Source: Octopus sinensis (lineage: Eukaryota). From it: DNA of 64,000 nt. Numbering within the stretch: the first letter of the stretch is position 1; every line of letters begins with the position of its first letter. Made by a program: the position numbers and the translations under genes. The notes beneath the pieces were generated by a model that was not told where the DNA came from, did not search any database, and saw nothing but the letters and a program-made list of their open reading frames with translations. The stretch covers positions 98,332,001 through 98,396,000 of the forward strand of contig NC_042997.1 of the NCBI RefSeq assembly GCF_006345805.1, given 5' to 3'. This document shows positions 38,590 to 53,539 of this stretch, in pieces.

Positions 38590-39590
38590 ATATTAAATTA
38601 GAGATAAAACCACTATTAGGCAAATCAAACTGAAAATCATAAACCAATACATAGAAATAAAATTAATTAATAAATATAAAATTCCATATCAAAAATTATT
38701 TAAATCAATAATTTAAACTAATCGTTAAGTTTCTAATTTGATAATAGAGTTTTTTATAAGAAAAATTATTATTTTATTTATTTCTTTAAAAATATTGTTT
38801 ATATATTTCTGATTATTTATTCGAATTATTAATTGAATTTAAATTATTGTTATTCGAATTGGTTACGGGCATGAAACGATCGTAGTGGTTTTATTCTTTA
38901 TCTTATGTTAAACTTTTAATACTTTTTGATAGTTATATAAAAAAAATTAATTAAAAAAATAATAAATAAATAAATAAAATAATAATAAATAATATATATA
39001 TATATAGGCGCAGGAGTGGCTGTGTGGTAAGTAGCTTGCTAACCAACCACATGGTTGCGGGTTCAGTCCCACTGCGTGGCATCTTGGGCAAGTGTCTTCT
39101 GCTATAGCCCCGGGCCGACCAATGCCTTGTGAATGGATTTGGTAGACGGAAACTGAAAGAAGCCTGTCGTATATATGTATATATATATATATATGTGTGT
39201 GTGTTTGTCCCCCTAGCATTGCTTGACAACCGATGCTGGTGTGTCTACGTCCCCGCCATTAGCGGTTCGGCAAAAGTGACCGATAGAATAAGTACTGGGC
39301 TTACAAAGAATAAGTTCCGGGGTCGATTTGATCGTCTAAAGGCGGTGCTCCAGCATGGCCGCAGTCAAATGACTGAAACAAGTAAAGAGTATATTTATTT
39401 AAAATTTAAATTATTAATTGAAATAATTTTTTAAATTTTAACTTTAATTTAAATATTTTAATTTGGAATTTTATATTTTATATTTTTATATATTTTTTAT
39501 TAATTAATTTTATTTCTATGTATTGGTTTATGATTTTCACTGCTTGATTTGCCTAATAGTGGTTTTATCTCTAATTTAATATAATATATA
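38590..39590. repeat. AT-rich element with about 85 bp inverted termini, probably PLE-derived
   Basis: 38590-38674 is inverted at about 39497-39585; HHR 3' half GAAACGATCGTA at 38873; TA/GATA flanks. Confidence 0.55.
39006..39390 (+). mobile_element. SINE family A, full length
   Basis: A and B boxes plus complete body. Confidence 0.9.
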
Positions 39591-39699
39591 TATATATTTA
39601 TACTATAAAATTAGATTTAATCCTAAATCTAATTTTCCCCTGTAAGTTTGGATTTACTTCCTAATATTATTATATATATATATATATATATATAGATAA

Positions 39700-39758
<59 letters not shown>

Positions 39759-39889
39759 TAGATATACACATATATGTATACATATTTATATACTCATATA
39801 TATATACAAGTAGATTGATGCATGTATGCATGTATCACGTAAAAATATATGTGTACAAATAAAGTCATATATGTATATATATATATATA

Positions 39890-40450
39890 AGGTTAATCCA
39901 AACAAGAAAACAAAAAGACAACAACGCAAGGACGTGGAACAAATAAAGTATTATTGGACGCTCAGGAAAGAAGGGAAAAAGGAGGGTTTGACGTTTCGAG
40001 CGGAGCTCTTCGTCGGAAACATAGGAGAAGGAAAGATCCCGAGAAGGGAAGACAGAGGGAAAAAAATCGCTAGTGATACAGACGAGGTCACATACTAAAA
40101 GCCGGAAGTGGTCAGAGTAGAAGAAAATGTTTTTAAAAAACAGGAGAGCTATATCAAAGACGGAATGGTAAAGAAGGTGTGCGAAGATGACAAGTGTGTG
40201 TGTGTGAGTGTGTGCGTGTGTGTGTGTGTATGGCGAACAACACAGTAGCAGGCTAGTAGTAGAATTAAGGAGGGGTGTGTGGGTACACTAGCAGGTCAAA
40301 ATGGCAGGTCAAAAACAGGGAGGTATGCGTGTGTGCGTGTATGTATATGTATCGTGTGTGTGTTTTGTTTGTAGTATGTGTGTGTACGTATGCGTTTTTT
40401 GTGTGTATGCATGGAGTTTGGGTGTGTGGGGAGTAACTGTGCTTAACTTT
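39890..40450 (-). mobile_element. PLE 3' end (pLTR) with minimal HHR-like motif at 39986-40020
   Basis: gttt-CCGACGA-a-gag-ctccg-ctc-GAAACGTC-aaac; layout resembles 56370-56585; ends in (TA)n. Confidence 0.65.
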
Positions 40451-40454
40451 TAGT

Positions 40455-41620
40455 GTATGTGTGCGTGTGTGCTTGTATGTGCGTGTGTGCTTGTACGTGC
40501 GTGTGTGTGTATATATATGTATGTATAATTGTGTGCGTGTATGTATGGTTGTGTGCCGTGTGTATGGGATGTATGTGTGGGTTCATTTGTGTGTGTGTGT
40601 GTGTGTGCGTATGTATGTGCGTGTAGTTGTGTGTGCGTGTATGTGTGCGTTTGTAGTATGTGTGTGTAAGTGTAAATGGATGTATATGTGTGTATCCGTG
40701 GGGTTGTGAATTTTCTTCGCGCATGTGCGTATGTGTGCGCATGTTTTGGTGTGCGTATGTATGTGTGTGTCTGTGCTTATATGTGTGTACGTATGTGTAT
40801 GTGTGCGTGCGCGTGTAGGTATATGTTGTGTGTATGTATATGAGTCGGTGTGTATGTGAATTAGTGTGTGTTTGTACGTGTGTATGTGTGTGTGCGTGTA
40901 TTGTATATATATGTAAATGTGTGTGTGTGCGTGTGTGTGTACGTGCGTGGGAGTGAATGTATGTAGGTATGTGTGTGTGTATGTATGTGTGGGTGTGTAT
41001 GTATGTATGTCTGTATGAGTGTATGTAAGTATGTGGGTGTGTGTATGTGTATGTGTATGTATGTATGTATGCATGTGTATGTATGTATGTGTGTGTGTAT
41101 GTGTGTATGTATGTGTGTATATGTGTAAGTGTGTGTGTGTGTATGTATGTATGTATGCATGTGTGTGTATGTAGGTATGTATGTGTGCATGCGTGTATGT
41201 GTGTGTGTATGTATGTATGTGTGCATGTGTGTATGTGTGTGTGTATGTATGTATGTGTGCATGCGTGTATGTGTGTGTATGTATGTATGTATGCATGCAT
41301 GTGTGTATGTGTGTGTGTGTATGAATGTGTGTATGTATATGTGTATGTGCGTATGTGTGTGTGTATGTATGTGTGTGTATGTATGTGTGTGTGTATGTAT
41401 GTATGTGTGTGTGTATATATGTATGTGTGTATGTATGTGTATATGTATGTATGTGTGTGTGTGTGTATGTTTGTGTGTGTGTATGTATGTATGTATGTAT
41501 GTATGAATTAATGTATGAATGTATGTATGTATGGGTGTGTACGTATGTGTGTGTGTGTACGTTCACATATATATATGCATACATACATACATACACACAC
41601 GCACACATATGTATATATAG
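40455..41620. repeat. Long degenerate (TG)/(TATG) microsatellite
   Basis: Direct inspection. Confidence 0.95.
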
Positions 41621-42329
41621 GTGAGACCTTTGGTATATGAAATCACGTGGTTGGATGTATAAAACACATAATAGTGTGAAAAAACTACAGAAGGCTTGTG
41701 TTATATTGTTAAAGAATATGTTTAAATAGTTTTGTAAGAAAAATGTTATAGAATTTTGTGTATAGTAACATTGTTTTGGAGAAACAACCAGCTCTGTATT
41801 TTCTTTTCAAATTTCGCAAATTTCTTCACCAATATTGTCATCTCTTCACTATGTCGTGAAATATGGCGTTCCAGACAGGGGAAGGTAATCAGTGATTTTT
41901 TCGATATAAGGGAGATAATAAAAAATGTTGTGAATGACTAGGTTTTATTAATTGAACATGATTTGGTTTAGAGAGAAAAGTGGTTAGGTTTTGCTTTATA
42001 TTTTTTCAATGAGTTAAGTTTCCTTATTCAAAAATGTTAATTTCGAAAAATAAAACACATTTCGTTAATGGCGACCGTTACATTACGGTCAGCCTATGAA
42101 CTTTTCAGCCCACCCTCGTATGTATATGTGTGTGTGTGTAAACAAAAAAAAAATGAAATGAGAGAAAGCTATAAAATGTGATATAGGAGTTTATTTTATC
42201 TGGTGTTCTGGATACCATCATCTAAGTAAATGTGTCTGCAAACATTTCTCATCATGTGCAATATGAAGAAAATGTCGACTGTTCACTCAATTCAACCTCT
42301 TAACGATTTGAATAGAACAGCTCCACCTA

Positions 42330-42900
42330 AGCCGAGCAGTTATTCTGTGCCGAGGAAGTGAAATAAGCCAGAAAACACGGTGGTTCTCAGATACTGCTTT
42401 GTGCTAAGTGAGACTGCTGAACTCCCCAGTTCGAAAATACGAAGACACAGATACTGCGTTGTATAGCCATCTGGCGACAGTGTTTCCTGTGACTAAACAA
42501 CAGTAACATTAATTCCAACCAGGACTGCCGCATTATGTTGGCAAATAGCCTTTACCTCAATGTACTATTACTGAATGTCTCACGTTCAGTGATTTAGACA
42601 TAATAATATTTCTATTCATTAGATCAGTGGCGGTGATTTTCGAACGGGAGTTTGGTAGCGCCACATTAGCCGAGTAGTTATTCTGTGCTTAGGAAGAGAA
42701 ATAACTCAGAAACCGCGGCTTTCCATAAATATTGCTTTGTGCTGAGTGGGGATACTGAACTCCCCTGTTCGAAAATATATGGACACACAGATATTGTGTC
42801 GTATAGGAGCTGGAGACAGTGTTTCCTGGGGCTAGACAACAATAACATTCGTCCCAACTGGGACTACTACATTATGTTGGCAAATGGCCTTTACTTCATA
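42330..42900. repeat. Diverged direct repeat of about 230 bp, period 338 bp
   Basis: 42330-42560 versus 42668-42900. Confidence 0.85.
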
Positions 42901-42971
42901 TATATATATATATGCATACATACACAAGCGCGCGCGCACACACGCACACACACACACATATGTATATATAT

Positions 42972-43135
42972 GGTGAGAATTTACAAAAAAAAAAGAGGAA
43001 GACGGGTGTGTAAACAAAAAGCAGATGTATTAGTTTAACTCTCGGGAAGTGAAAAAGTCTTTTATGTTTCGAACCTACGCTCTTCAACAGAAAGGAACAC
43101 AGAGAGAAAATAAAACAAGGTTTAGTGGCTAGCGA
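42972..43135 (-). mobile_element. Solo PLE pLTR fragment with HHR-like motif at 43059-43094
   Basis: Reverse complement matches 56445-56585; cttt-CTGTTGA-agagcgtaggttc-GAAAcata-aaag. Confidence 0.75.
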
Positions 43136-43625
43136 TCTACCTTTGTATGTATACATATATATATAGAAATGTATGTATGCGTATATATGTGTGTGTGTAT
43201 ATATACAATGTTCTCAAAGATTAATACACACATACTAACATACGCACACATACACATGCACGCACATAGACACACACACACCTCCCACACGGACACATGT
43301 ATATACACGTACACACACAGTGACACAAGAGAGGAACACACACGCACACACACATACGCATGTGCACACACACACATACATACGCACTCACACACATACA
43401 CACACTCAGACACACACAGTCTGCCCACACAAACACATACAAACAGTTAATACCACACTCGCATACACATACACCCACAGATTACTCACACAAACCGATA
43501 CAAACATCTAATACCACACACACACACCGCACATACACATACACACACTACCACGCACACACACACGCAGTTACTGCCCTCCACACGCGCTACCATACAT
43601 CCTTGCAAATTCAACCTTATAAGAG

Positions 43626-43708
<83 letters not shown>

Positions 43709-44149
43709 TATATATATATGTATATATATATATATATATATAATATATATATATATATGTGTGTGTGTGTGTATGCAAAACTGCATATACGTTGTGAGTA
43801 ATATTTAGCCATGCAATATTTGGTTACCAACAACATGACAAAATAATATAACAAACGAGATGACGTACTAAAACGAAAATCCATTGCCTTTGTTCTTTAG
43901 ATTTACAGCTTAACTTAATAGACAAAGCTGAGAAATAGTTTGGTAGTTATGTGAATATTTACAGTGGCTGATAAAATTGCAATCAAATAGGTCCCACAAA
44001 CATGCACACACAAATACACACGCACACACATAAAGAGATAGTGAAAAAAGAGAGAGGAAATGTTGATCGATAGATAGATAACAAATATAGCAATATAGAT
44101 ATATCGTTATGTATAAACGCATGTATGTGTGCTTCTGTATGAGTAGGTG

Positions 44150-44719
<570 letters not shown>

Positions 44720-44732
<13 letters not shown>

Positions 44733-46325
44733 TTAAAAAGGAGATGTGGAACACGAGTTGTGATATATAAAAAAGGAAATGAAGAAAATGCTGACAAAAT
44801 AATTTAAGTAAGGGAGAGTGTATTTAATTAGGAAAGTTCTTTTTACCGGTTGCGCATTTGTTATGCTTATCAAAAGATATTTTTTTAAGTGAGATAGACT
44901 TCCTTTCTGATAGATTTTTTCTCTTATCTGACTTTATGTTGGGTTTGCTGTCTCTTATATGTGAAAAAAGAGCCTCTTTTTTCACATATAAGAGACAGCA
45001 AAAAATTTGGGAGTGCATTGATTGTTGTATTTTGAATGGTCAGTAGCAGCTAGCAGTTCATGAGAATATTTCTATTGAAAGGTTTGTTTATAGAATTTGC
45101 GTAGGTGTTATATTTTTTCCCTATATCTATATCTTTTTCCATTTCTAGCTTTGATGTTGAGCGCACACCCTCGAACCCCACTTCCCACCCTTTCACGTGC
45201 GTATGTATATACGTACGTATGCTCGTCAGTTGGTGTACCCAACTACATGCGCCTTTTTCCGTATGTATGTGTATATTGAGATATTTATGTATGTGAGCAT
45301 ATACGTATGTGGGTGGATAGACGGGCGGGATTTACATATGTACGTGTGAGTATATATTTGTGTGTATACAAGTGCGTGTGCAGAGGCAACTTAGATATAC
45401 ATACGTGGCGAGACGGATGTATATGCACACCCCTGTCGATATACTTTTACACGAGAGTACGTATGTATGTATGTATGCGTGTGGATGTGTATGCGTGTAT
45501 ATGTGTATATGTATCCATGCGTGTACGTATGTACATGTTGACCACTAGACAATTTACGAGGAAATTGATAAACGGTTTAACCACAAACCAGACAACCCTA
45601 ATTAACCATATACTGGATCTCCAGATTTTCTAGTTTATTTATGTTACCCGCCGCTACGCCCGTAGGCTTCTACAACCAGAATATGTCATCTTTCTGACCA
45701 CCTTGTTAGTTCTTAACCACTTTATATCCCTTATCCTTATATTCTTTTATATATTTTTATATTTTTTTATATCCTTTTATATTTTTTTATATTATTTTAT
45801 TGTTTTATATTTTTATATTTTTTATATTTCTATATTTCTAATTTTTATTTTTTTATATTTTTTATCTTTCGTCCTCAATTCTCGATCCTCTATCTTTATC
45901 TCTATTTATTTATATTACCAGGTTTTTTCACATTGTGTGTATTTATATATATATTTATTTATTTATTTATTTATATTACCTCAACATCCAAACTTCCTCA
46001 TTGTACATTGAGTGAAATACAGGATAGACGCTTCGTTTTTGTGCTGGTGCCCCACTATGTCGTACGCGACTGTGAGGATTTGCATCCCCAACGTAGAATT
46101 TATGATGTAATACATGTCCTTGAAGTAGTAATTGTGATTGTGCGCGGCTGAAGAAGGCCATAGACACACATTATGCATCGTCATAAATCCGTCTAATAAA
46201 CGCCCGAAACATATGTACCGTTGAATTCTTGGCATCATGTTTTTATTTTGTTTAATTTACTCCACCACCTACACCACCAAATGGTATATACAGGTGCTTA
46301 CAATTATCAAGTGCTCACCTTGAAT
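44720..46325 (+). mobile_element. Older PLE 3' part related to the 57459-61830 family
   Basis: 45950-46325 aligns with 61575-61950; the 5' boundary is uncertain. Confidence 0.7.
46144..46221 (+). ncRNA. Type I hammerhead ribozyme in a PLE pLTR
   Basis: gcgg-CTGAAGA-aggcc...cgccc-GAAA-catatg-TA-ccgt. Confidence 0.8.
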
Positions 46326-46349
46326 TTATATATATATATATATATATAG

Positions 46350-46386
<37 letters not shown>

Positions 46387-46394
46387 ATATATAT

Positions 46395-46563
46395 ACATAT
46401 ATACGACAGGCTTCTTTCAGTTTCCGTCTACCAAATCCACTCACAAGGCATTGGTCGGCCCGGGGCTATAGCAGAAGACACTTGCCCAAGATGCTACGCA
46501 GTGGGACTGAACCCGGAACCATGTGGCTGGTAAGCAAGCTACTTACCACACAGCCACTCCTGT
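46395..46563 (-). mobile_element. SINE family A 5' half
   Basis: Matches 225-395. Confidence 0.85.
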
Positions 46564-46626
46564 GAAAGTGAGAAAAAGAGAAAATGTTGATCGATAGACT
46601 GACAACAAATATAGCAATATAGCTAT

Positions 46627-46857
46627 ATTTATTTCCTTACTACCCACAAGGGGCTAAACATAGAGGGGACAAACAAGGACAGACAAAGGGATTAAGTCGA
46701 TTACATCGACCCCAGTGCGTAACTGGTACTTTTTTAATCGACCCCGAAAGGATGAAAGGCAAAGTCGACCTCGGTGGAATTTGAACTCAGAGCGTAGCGG
46801 CAGACGAAATACCGCTTAGCATTTCGCCGGGCGTGCTAACGTTTCTGCCAGTTCGCT
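46627..46857 (-). mobile_element. SINE family B
   Basis: Matches other copies. Confidence 0.85.
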
Positions 46858-46925
46858 ATATAACTATATTGTTATGTATACATGTATGTAATGGTCTGCT
46901 GTGTGGGTGCCTCCCTCCCTCACTG

Positions 46926-46978
<53 letters not shown>

Positions 46979-47117
46979 ATATATATATAGAATATATTAA
47001 AATTACGCAGGTTGTGTGTCAAATAGCTAGCTAGAGGCAGTGGCCTCTTGGAGCTAATCAGCGACAGCTTTAGTCTTATATTTATAAGACTGCCATTTAG
47101 TATGACGATAACTATTA

Positions 47118-47189
<72 letters not shown>

Positions 47190-47191
<2 letters not shown>

Positions 47192-50100
47192 TAGACGAAC
47201 ACAATACATACAACCAACAACCTATAAACCTTGTAGAGAACAACCAGAATATGAACAACCACCAACACGTAACACTGGACATCCTAAATGGACACACACA
47301 TGGAACAATAAACAAGTGGATAGAAATCAACACATAACCCTCAACAAACATCGAAAAAATCCAATCCATACAAGCACCAACCCCATGCGACTCCACAAAT
47401 TTACGAGATGGATAAAAAACAACCCCCACTATCAATACAATACAAACACAAAACATGAACCATCCACCTACCCCCAAAGAAACCTGAAGCCCAGTAATAG
47501 AAATTGGCTCAACACACACGGAAGGTGGGAAGAAAACAACTACCAAAGACAAAACAACATATACAGACCATATAGACCACCCCTACTACTACAAGAAAAC
47601 CTAAGATATGAAAATGGAATTGGGAGACGCAACAGCACAACCCCTTTTTTAGGGAAAGGATACTTCAATCATATTCCAGACCCAATACACCAAAAATTCC
47701 GAATGAACACACAAAACACATAGACCCCAAACTAATAAACCTATCTAAAAGAGAACGTAACGAAAATGAAATGAATCTACTACTAAAAGGCCCCAATTTT
47801 ACACCCACACCCAGTCCAAATCTTTATAGAACTAAAAACTGATATAGACAACTTCAGCCGCCACCTCCGCCTTATGGAATTCTTTGAAAATAAAGAAACA
47901 GAAGATAACTCAATCATAAGGAAAAAATCCCATTTCACCCCTTACAAGGGGAGTGACAAACACCTAGACGCATACATAGAGACAATATCCAAATTCCCTC
48001 TCAACACACACAAATGCAAACAGAACCTCCGCAGAGGAGAAAAACAAGCCTTACAAAAACTAAAAAATGACAAGTCGATCATTATAAAAGAAGCTGACAA
48101 AGGTGGAGCAATAGTAATTATGGATACATATTACTACAAAGAAAAGATACTGGAGTTACTTAACAACCAGACATACTATAAAGAGGAACCAACACCACGG
48201 GAGAAAGCAACAATAAAAAAATTAGAACATTAGTCAATGAATACCAGACTTCCTTTACAGACAAAGGGAAAGACTATCTATGCAACACAAGAACCAAAGA
48301 TAGCAACTTTTATGGATTACCTAAAATTCATAAAAGCTCTGAAATACAGAGAGCCATAAAGGAACAGAGGAACCACTATATAAAAATACAAAGGCCCGCA
48401 GACCTCACAATGAGACCAATAGTGGCAGAACCCCAGGCACCGACACAACAACTAAGCCACTTCATAGATGTACTCCTCAAACCTTATGCCCACAAATACC
48501 AAGCTACATAAAGGATGACATAGACTTCCTCACATCAAGACATCAAGAAAAAATGGAAACGTTACCTCGATGACTGCTTCATCTTTTGGAACAGATCAGA
48601 AGAAGACCTACGACCATTCCACAACATCCTCAACACACTGCACCCATCTATCAACTTTACAATAAATACCAGCCACAACGAACGTCCCTTTCTAGACATC
48701 AACATCAAGATACACAACTCCATCATCACAACAGATATCCACTACAAAAAAACCGACACACCAATATTTAAATTTCTACTCCTGCCACCCATCCCACATA
48801 AAAAGAAACATCCTATATATTAAGGCAAGACGCATATGCAGCATAGTAACTGACTCACAAACACACCTAATAAGACTAGATGAACTTAAAAACTTCCCAC
48901 TAGAACAAAAATACCCCCTTAAACTAATAAAAAATGGAATCTCAAGAGCAATGAAACTGGACATCACACAACTCAGGACCCCCAAAACAAAAAAAAAACA
49001 AAGAAAACATTATCCCTTTCATAAACACACAAGCCTGGAGTTACCAACATGTTTCAAATCATACATTCAAATCTACCAATAGTCCTACAAAGCCCCAAAA
49101 TGGAAAACATACTAAACAAATATTGCATAAAAAACAGTAGACGACAAGACAAAACCTGAAGAAACAACTAACAAGAGCGAAATTCTCATCAGAAACTCAA
49201 ACTGAATTCTTTGTAAAAGAATGCAGGGATGGTAGATGTGGGATCTGCAGTAACGCCACCTACAAATACATAGAGGGAGACAAAGAAATGAAATTCAAAA
49301 GTGGTCACATATTCAAAGTAAATGCGGATATGAACTGCAAGACGCAGAACGTAATATACTGTATAACCTGTCCCACATGCAAGGCGGATTATATAGGTGA
49401 AACTGGAAATTCTTTATGCCAATGAGCCAGAATTCACCGACAGCATGTCCGACAGGAGGAACTGCGCAAGATACCACTGAATAAACACCTAGATACATGT
49501 GGAGAAGGAAAATTCAAGATCTTTCCCTTCAACAAATGTCCAAAGAACGACACCTCCTTCAGGAAGAATATGGAAAAATACTTCATAACTAAGTTCTCCC
49601 CCAAATTGAATAGGTGAAAATATTTCTATCATAAGTTGTACTAGATGAAGGATCAAATTTGTAAAGTAAATTGTATTAAACACACACACGCACACACACA
49701 CATACACACACGCACACACACATCGTTCTACACATATGTACATATACATAAATAAAAACAAGCTCTAATCCAGATTCTCCATCCCATGTAAGCACAGGAA
49801 TCAAATATTGGATTGAAAGAACTGAATAATGGTATAAATATCAACACAATTATTTCTTCTTTTAACATTCCTTTCCGATATGCAAATACCCATACATATA
49901 CATACACGCACACTCTCTCACTAGACAATGATAAAAGTGACATTTTGGCCCCCAGCTGGCTTGACCATGGCTGGTTATTTTTAACAACTTGACCATTCCT
50001 CCTTAACACCCGTTTCAGAAACAAAACCACAAACACACACTCTCACGAGACAATGATAAAAAGGAAATACAAATAGCTGGAATTACAATCACTGTAAGAC

Positions 50101-50213
50101 AAGAATTATTTTTGACAAACAACTATCAACAAAATTTCTCCCCTTCTTCCTCCTTTCCTTCTTTTTCTTTAATACCCCTTTCAGATACAAACACTTACAC
50201 ACACACACACACG

Positions 50214-50247
<34 letters not shown>

Positions 50248-50436
50248 TGACAATGATAAAAAGGAAATCCAGACAAATTTTGAAAAATGACACCTTACCC
50301 CGCCTGGAGTAAACATCCTGACCAGCTACAAAAGAGACCAACAAAACAAATTTTTTCTTCTTTCTCTCCCTTTCCTTCTTTTTCTTTAACACTTCTTTCA
50401 GATACAAAAACACACACATACACATACACACACACG

Positions 50437-50476
<40 letters not shown>

Positions 50477-50746
50477 CTCTCTCATTCTCTCCCCATTTAT
50501 CACCCTCTTGTACTATCTCATATCCCTCCCCACCATTACACACTCAATGTCACTATAAAAATGGTCGAATTTTTACACAAGAACTCCACTAGAATGGACG
50601 AAAGCGCTAATATATGATATATGATATATGATGTATAAAAACATGTAATATAAAAATAAATATCTGTAAATATAAAACCATCCGAATTTCGGAGTACCTC
50701 ATTTCTTCTAATATAAAATACCTTTACATCATCTCCAAACCTTCTT

Positions 50747-50750
<4 letters not shown>
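47190..50750 (+). mobile_element. Near-full-length decayed PLE (RT plus C-terminal GIY-YIG)
   Basis: LLKGPNFTPTP, IIIKEADKGGAIVIMD, FYGLPKIHK, RYLDDCF, PFLDI, IYCITCPTCKADYIGETG; microsatellite flanks. Confidence 0.85.
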
Positions 50751-50783
<33 letters not shown>

Positions 50784-51078
50784 CATATATACAGGGCGCG
50801 TTCGTTATTTGAGGTCAGATTTATGTTTATAAAAACACAGACATATAATAACAGACATTAACTTTATTTATCAAAATATGCTGAGGATAAAAATAGACTT
50901 TTTGTATAATGTTATTCAATGAAGCTCCCTTCAGCTTCAACAACTACCTATCTCTATATGGGATCTAAATTATTTACATACTTTAAACTGGTTGTCCTTG
51001 TTCATTTTGAGCATTACTTTGACTATGGCAGCCTTCAATGAATTTTTGGTGTTACGAGCGTGTTCATTGACACCCCCC

Positions 51079-51123
<45 letters not shown>

Positions 51124-51199
51124 CAATGCTCCACATGTAATAGTCCAATGCAGAGTTTCCCAAACGTTTCGCACCAAAATGCAATAGCGAAATCTTTTG

Positions 51200-51780
51200 A
51201 ATGAGAACCATGAGTCTGGTGCGATATAACTAGTGCAGATACATTCGGCTCCAAACTTGTCAACTTTAGGCGCAAGTTTTCTCCTTGTCTTATATCCAGT
51301 CCAATTATTTTATGGGGAAAGTAAAGTTCCAACATGGTTAAGACCAGATTCAGCAGGGTATGAGATAAGGAAGGCAAGCAAAAGTAATTTCAGATGTTTC
51401 TACAGATTGGGGTAGGAATTCAATATACTCTGATTGTACCACAAATTTTGTTTGCTATTACGGCGATATCACATTGTGGTGTCATTGTCATATTGTAATT
51501 CTATCAATTCCTCCTGAACGTCATCTTCGCAATCGACTGCATCAACTTCAAACGGATTGCTATACCAATTTACAATATTCAGCGCAATAACATCTTGAAA
51601 TCTCTCCACCGTGTTATGCAATGATTGTAAATAGTAGCGATATGTAGTCAAATCTTCATCAACCAATTCATTTTTCAAATAAGTTGTGGAAGTTGATGGA
51701 ACTGACGTTCTGAAATGTAGTCTTATACAATACGAATTTCGAAATGAAAGTAGAGATAAGTGGTTTACAATCAACGAGAC
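51200..51780 (-). mobile_element. hAT (Charlie/Buster-like) transposase remnant
   Basis: ERFQD..NWYSNPF...ELIELQYD and LRLKLTSLEPNVSALV..HQTHGSH C-terminus. Confidence 0.65.
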
Positions 51781-52329
51781 CTTTTCAAGTTTTTCTTTTG
51801 CTTTTTATCACAAATTTTTTGCTTTTTATCACAAATTTTTCTGTGAAAAGCATTTGATGTCTTAGTGAACAACAATTCTTACTGTTCCTTCTGAAACATG
51901 GAGATCTTTTGAAATTGTCCCCATGGACTTTCTGGGATTGTAATCAATGGGCTGTTGAAGTTGCTGGATAAACTCAGGTGTTCTGATGGTTTCAGACCTT
52001 TAGAATGCTTTTTATGCTTTGATGCTGGTGATACGTTTCCATCTTCAGTCTCCAGCTCCTTACAACCTTTATGGACGAAAGATCTAGCAACTTCTAAAAA
52101 TCGAGATATTTCTAAATCCCGTGCTTTTCTTTACCAGATAAACGCACGCACGATATATTCGTTCTTCACTCGATTATTACTGTTCTTATTTTAAATCATG
52201 TCCATCATCCGGAAATCTTTTGTCATACATCTGTGTCCTCTTAGGTAACCCTTTCTGTCCTTGTGTATGCTCCTACGCCGCTTAGTACAATCTGTTCTTC
52301 TAGAACAGGAGCACACACGAGCGCAGAAA

Positions 52330-52860
52330 GAGGTTGTTCTGTGTGTTCCCCATCTGATCCTTAAAATCTTTTTATCTGGGAAAAACCGAACCACTTTTAG
52401 GTGGAGGGGATTCTTGAGTTTGTTCAAAAGCTTCATAGCGCGATCTTTCATCTTGTCCTCGATGGCTTTTGATAAAAATTAATCCTTTCTCGTCTTGAAT
52501 GAGGAATACCGAATGTCTTCACGGACTACCTGCCTGATAAGAAACTTTGTCGCATCTTCTGCTCTCTCTTCAGATTCACAAACTAACACTTTGAAATATC
52601 CTTATTGGGGCTGCCGGCGCGAATGCCAAACATTACAGCATGTCGTTTCCAAATTTCTGCCATAGTGAATTGCGTCACGGTGTTGTTTTTTCACAGACGG
52701 ATGGAATTCAAACTCCAAGCTGTCAGTACCGCAAATGCAAAATTGTCCCTTGAAGGCGGAGGCTGTGTTATCCGATAATGGAACCAAGTAACAATCATTA
52801 TTCCTCACCACAAAGCTCCCAGAAACAGCTGCTGTACTCATAAAACTCAACACATTTAAC
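52330..52860 (-). mobile_element. Tc1/mariner-like transposase remnant
   Basis: KDRAMKLLNKLKNP..VRFFPDKK resembles the region before the first catalytic Asp. Confidence 0.5.
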
Positions 52861-53080
52861 TCCTGATATTATTTATATTCTAAGTCAGAATATTTCATAT
52901 ACCTTTTTTTATGTATATCTTTTTTGTATTAAATTTATTCAATATTTTGTCTAAATCGACTTGCCTAACTTGCTTGCCCTTACATCTTCTCCTCTACCCG
53001 CTCAAGTTCAAATCTCTTGAGTACTATGAAGTGTATCCTGTAGAGAGTGTATCTGTCACTTATCTCTCTCTTTCTCTCTC

Positions 53081-53111
<31 letters not shown>

Positions 53112-53539
53112 GTACTTTCTAACATTTATGTACTTTCTGCTTTTTCTTATTTTTGTGTCTTCCTACTCTGGTTGTTCTTACTTTGTTTTCTCTAATCTGC
53201 ACCTATTACCTTGCCTCTCTCTCCCTTCCTCTCTTTTTCCCTTTCGTCTTCTCTTCTCCCCTTCTTCCCCCTTTCTCTCTGTTTCTTTCTTCGTCCTTTC
53301 TTTCCTTGTTTTTACTTTCTTCTCCCAGCTCTTATATTTTTTCTCCTCATGTTGTTTGCTTCCTTTTCTCCACACATCTTTTGAATTTTTCTTCCTCACG
53401 TCTTTATTGGCCTTCTTTCTCTCCCCCTTTTCGCCCCTTTTTTCTCATTTCTTTCACTTTTCTTCTCGTTTTACAATCATGGTCGATTACAAACCTTTCT
53501 TCCTCCACTTTCATCACCGTCTAAAACATTTCCTTTCTA

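Noticed and set aside
39006-39080. tRNA gene
   Set aside because: The A and B boxes belong to a multi-copy SINE head and there is no full cloverleaf
50572-50612. Possible HHR at the end of the 47190 PLE (tcca..tggac-GAAAgcgcTA)
   Set aside because: The CUGANGA half is not recognisable, so it is too degenerate to call
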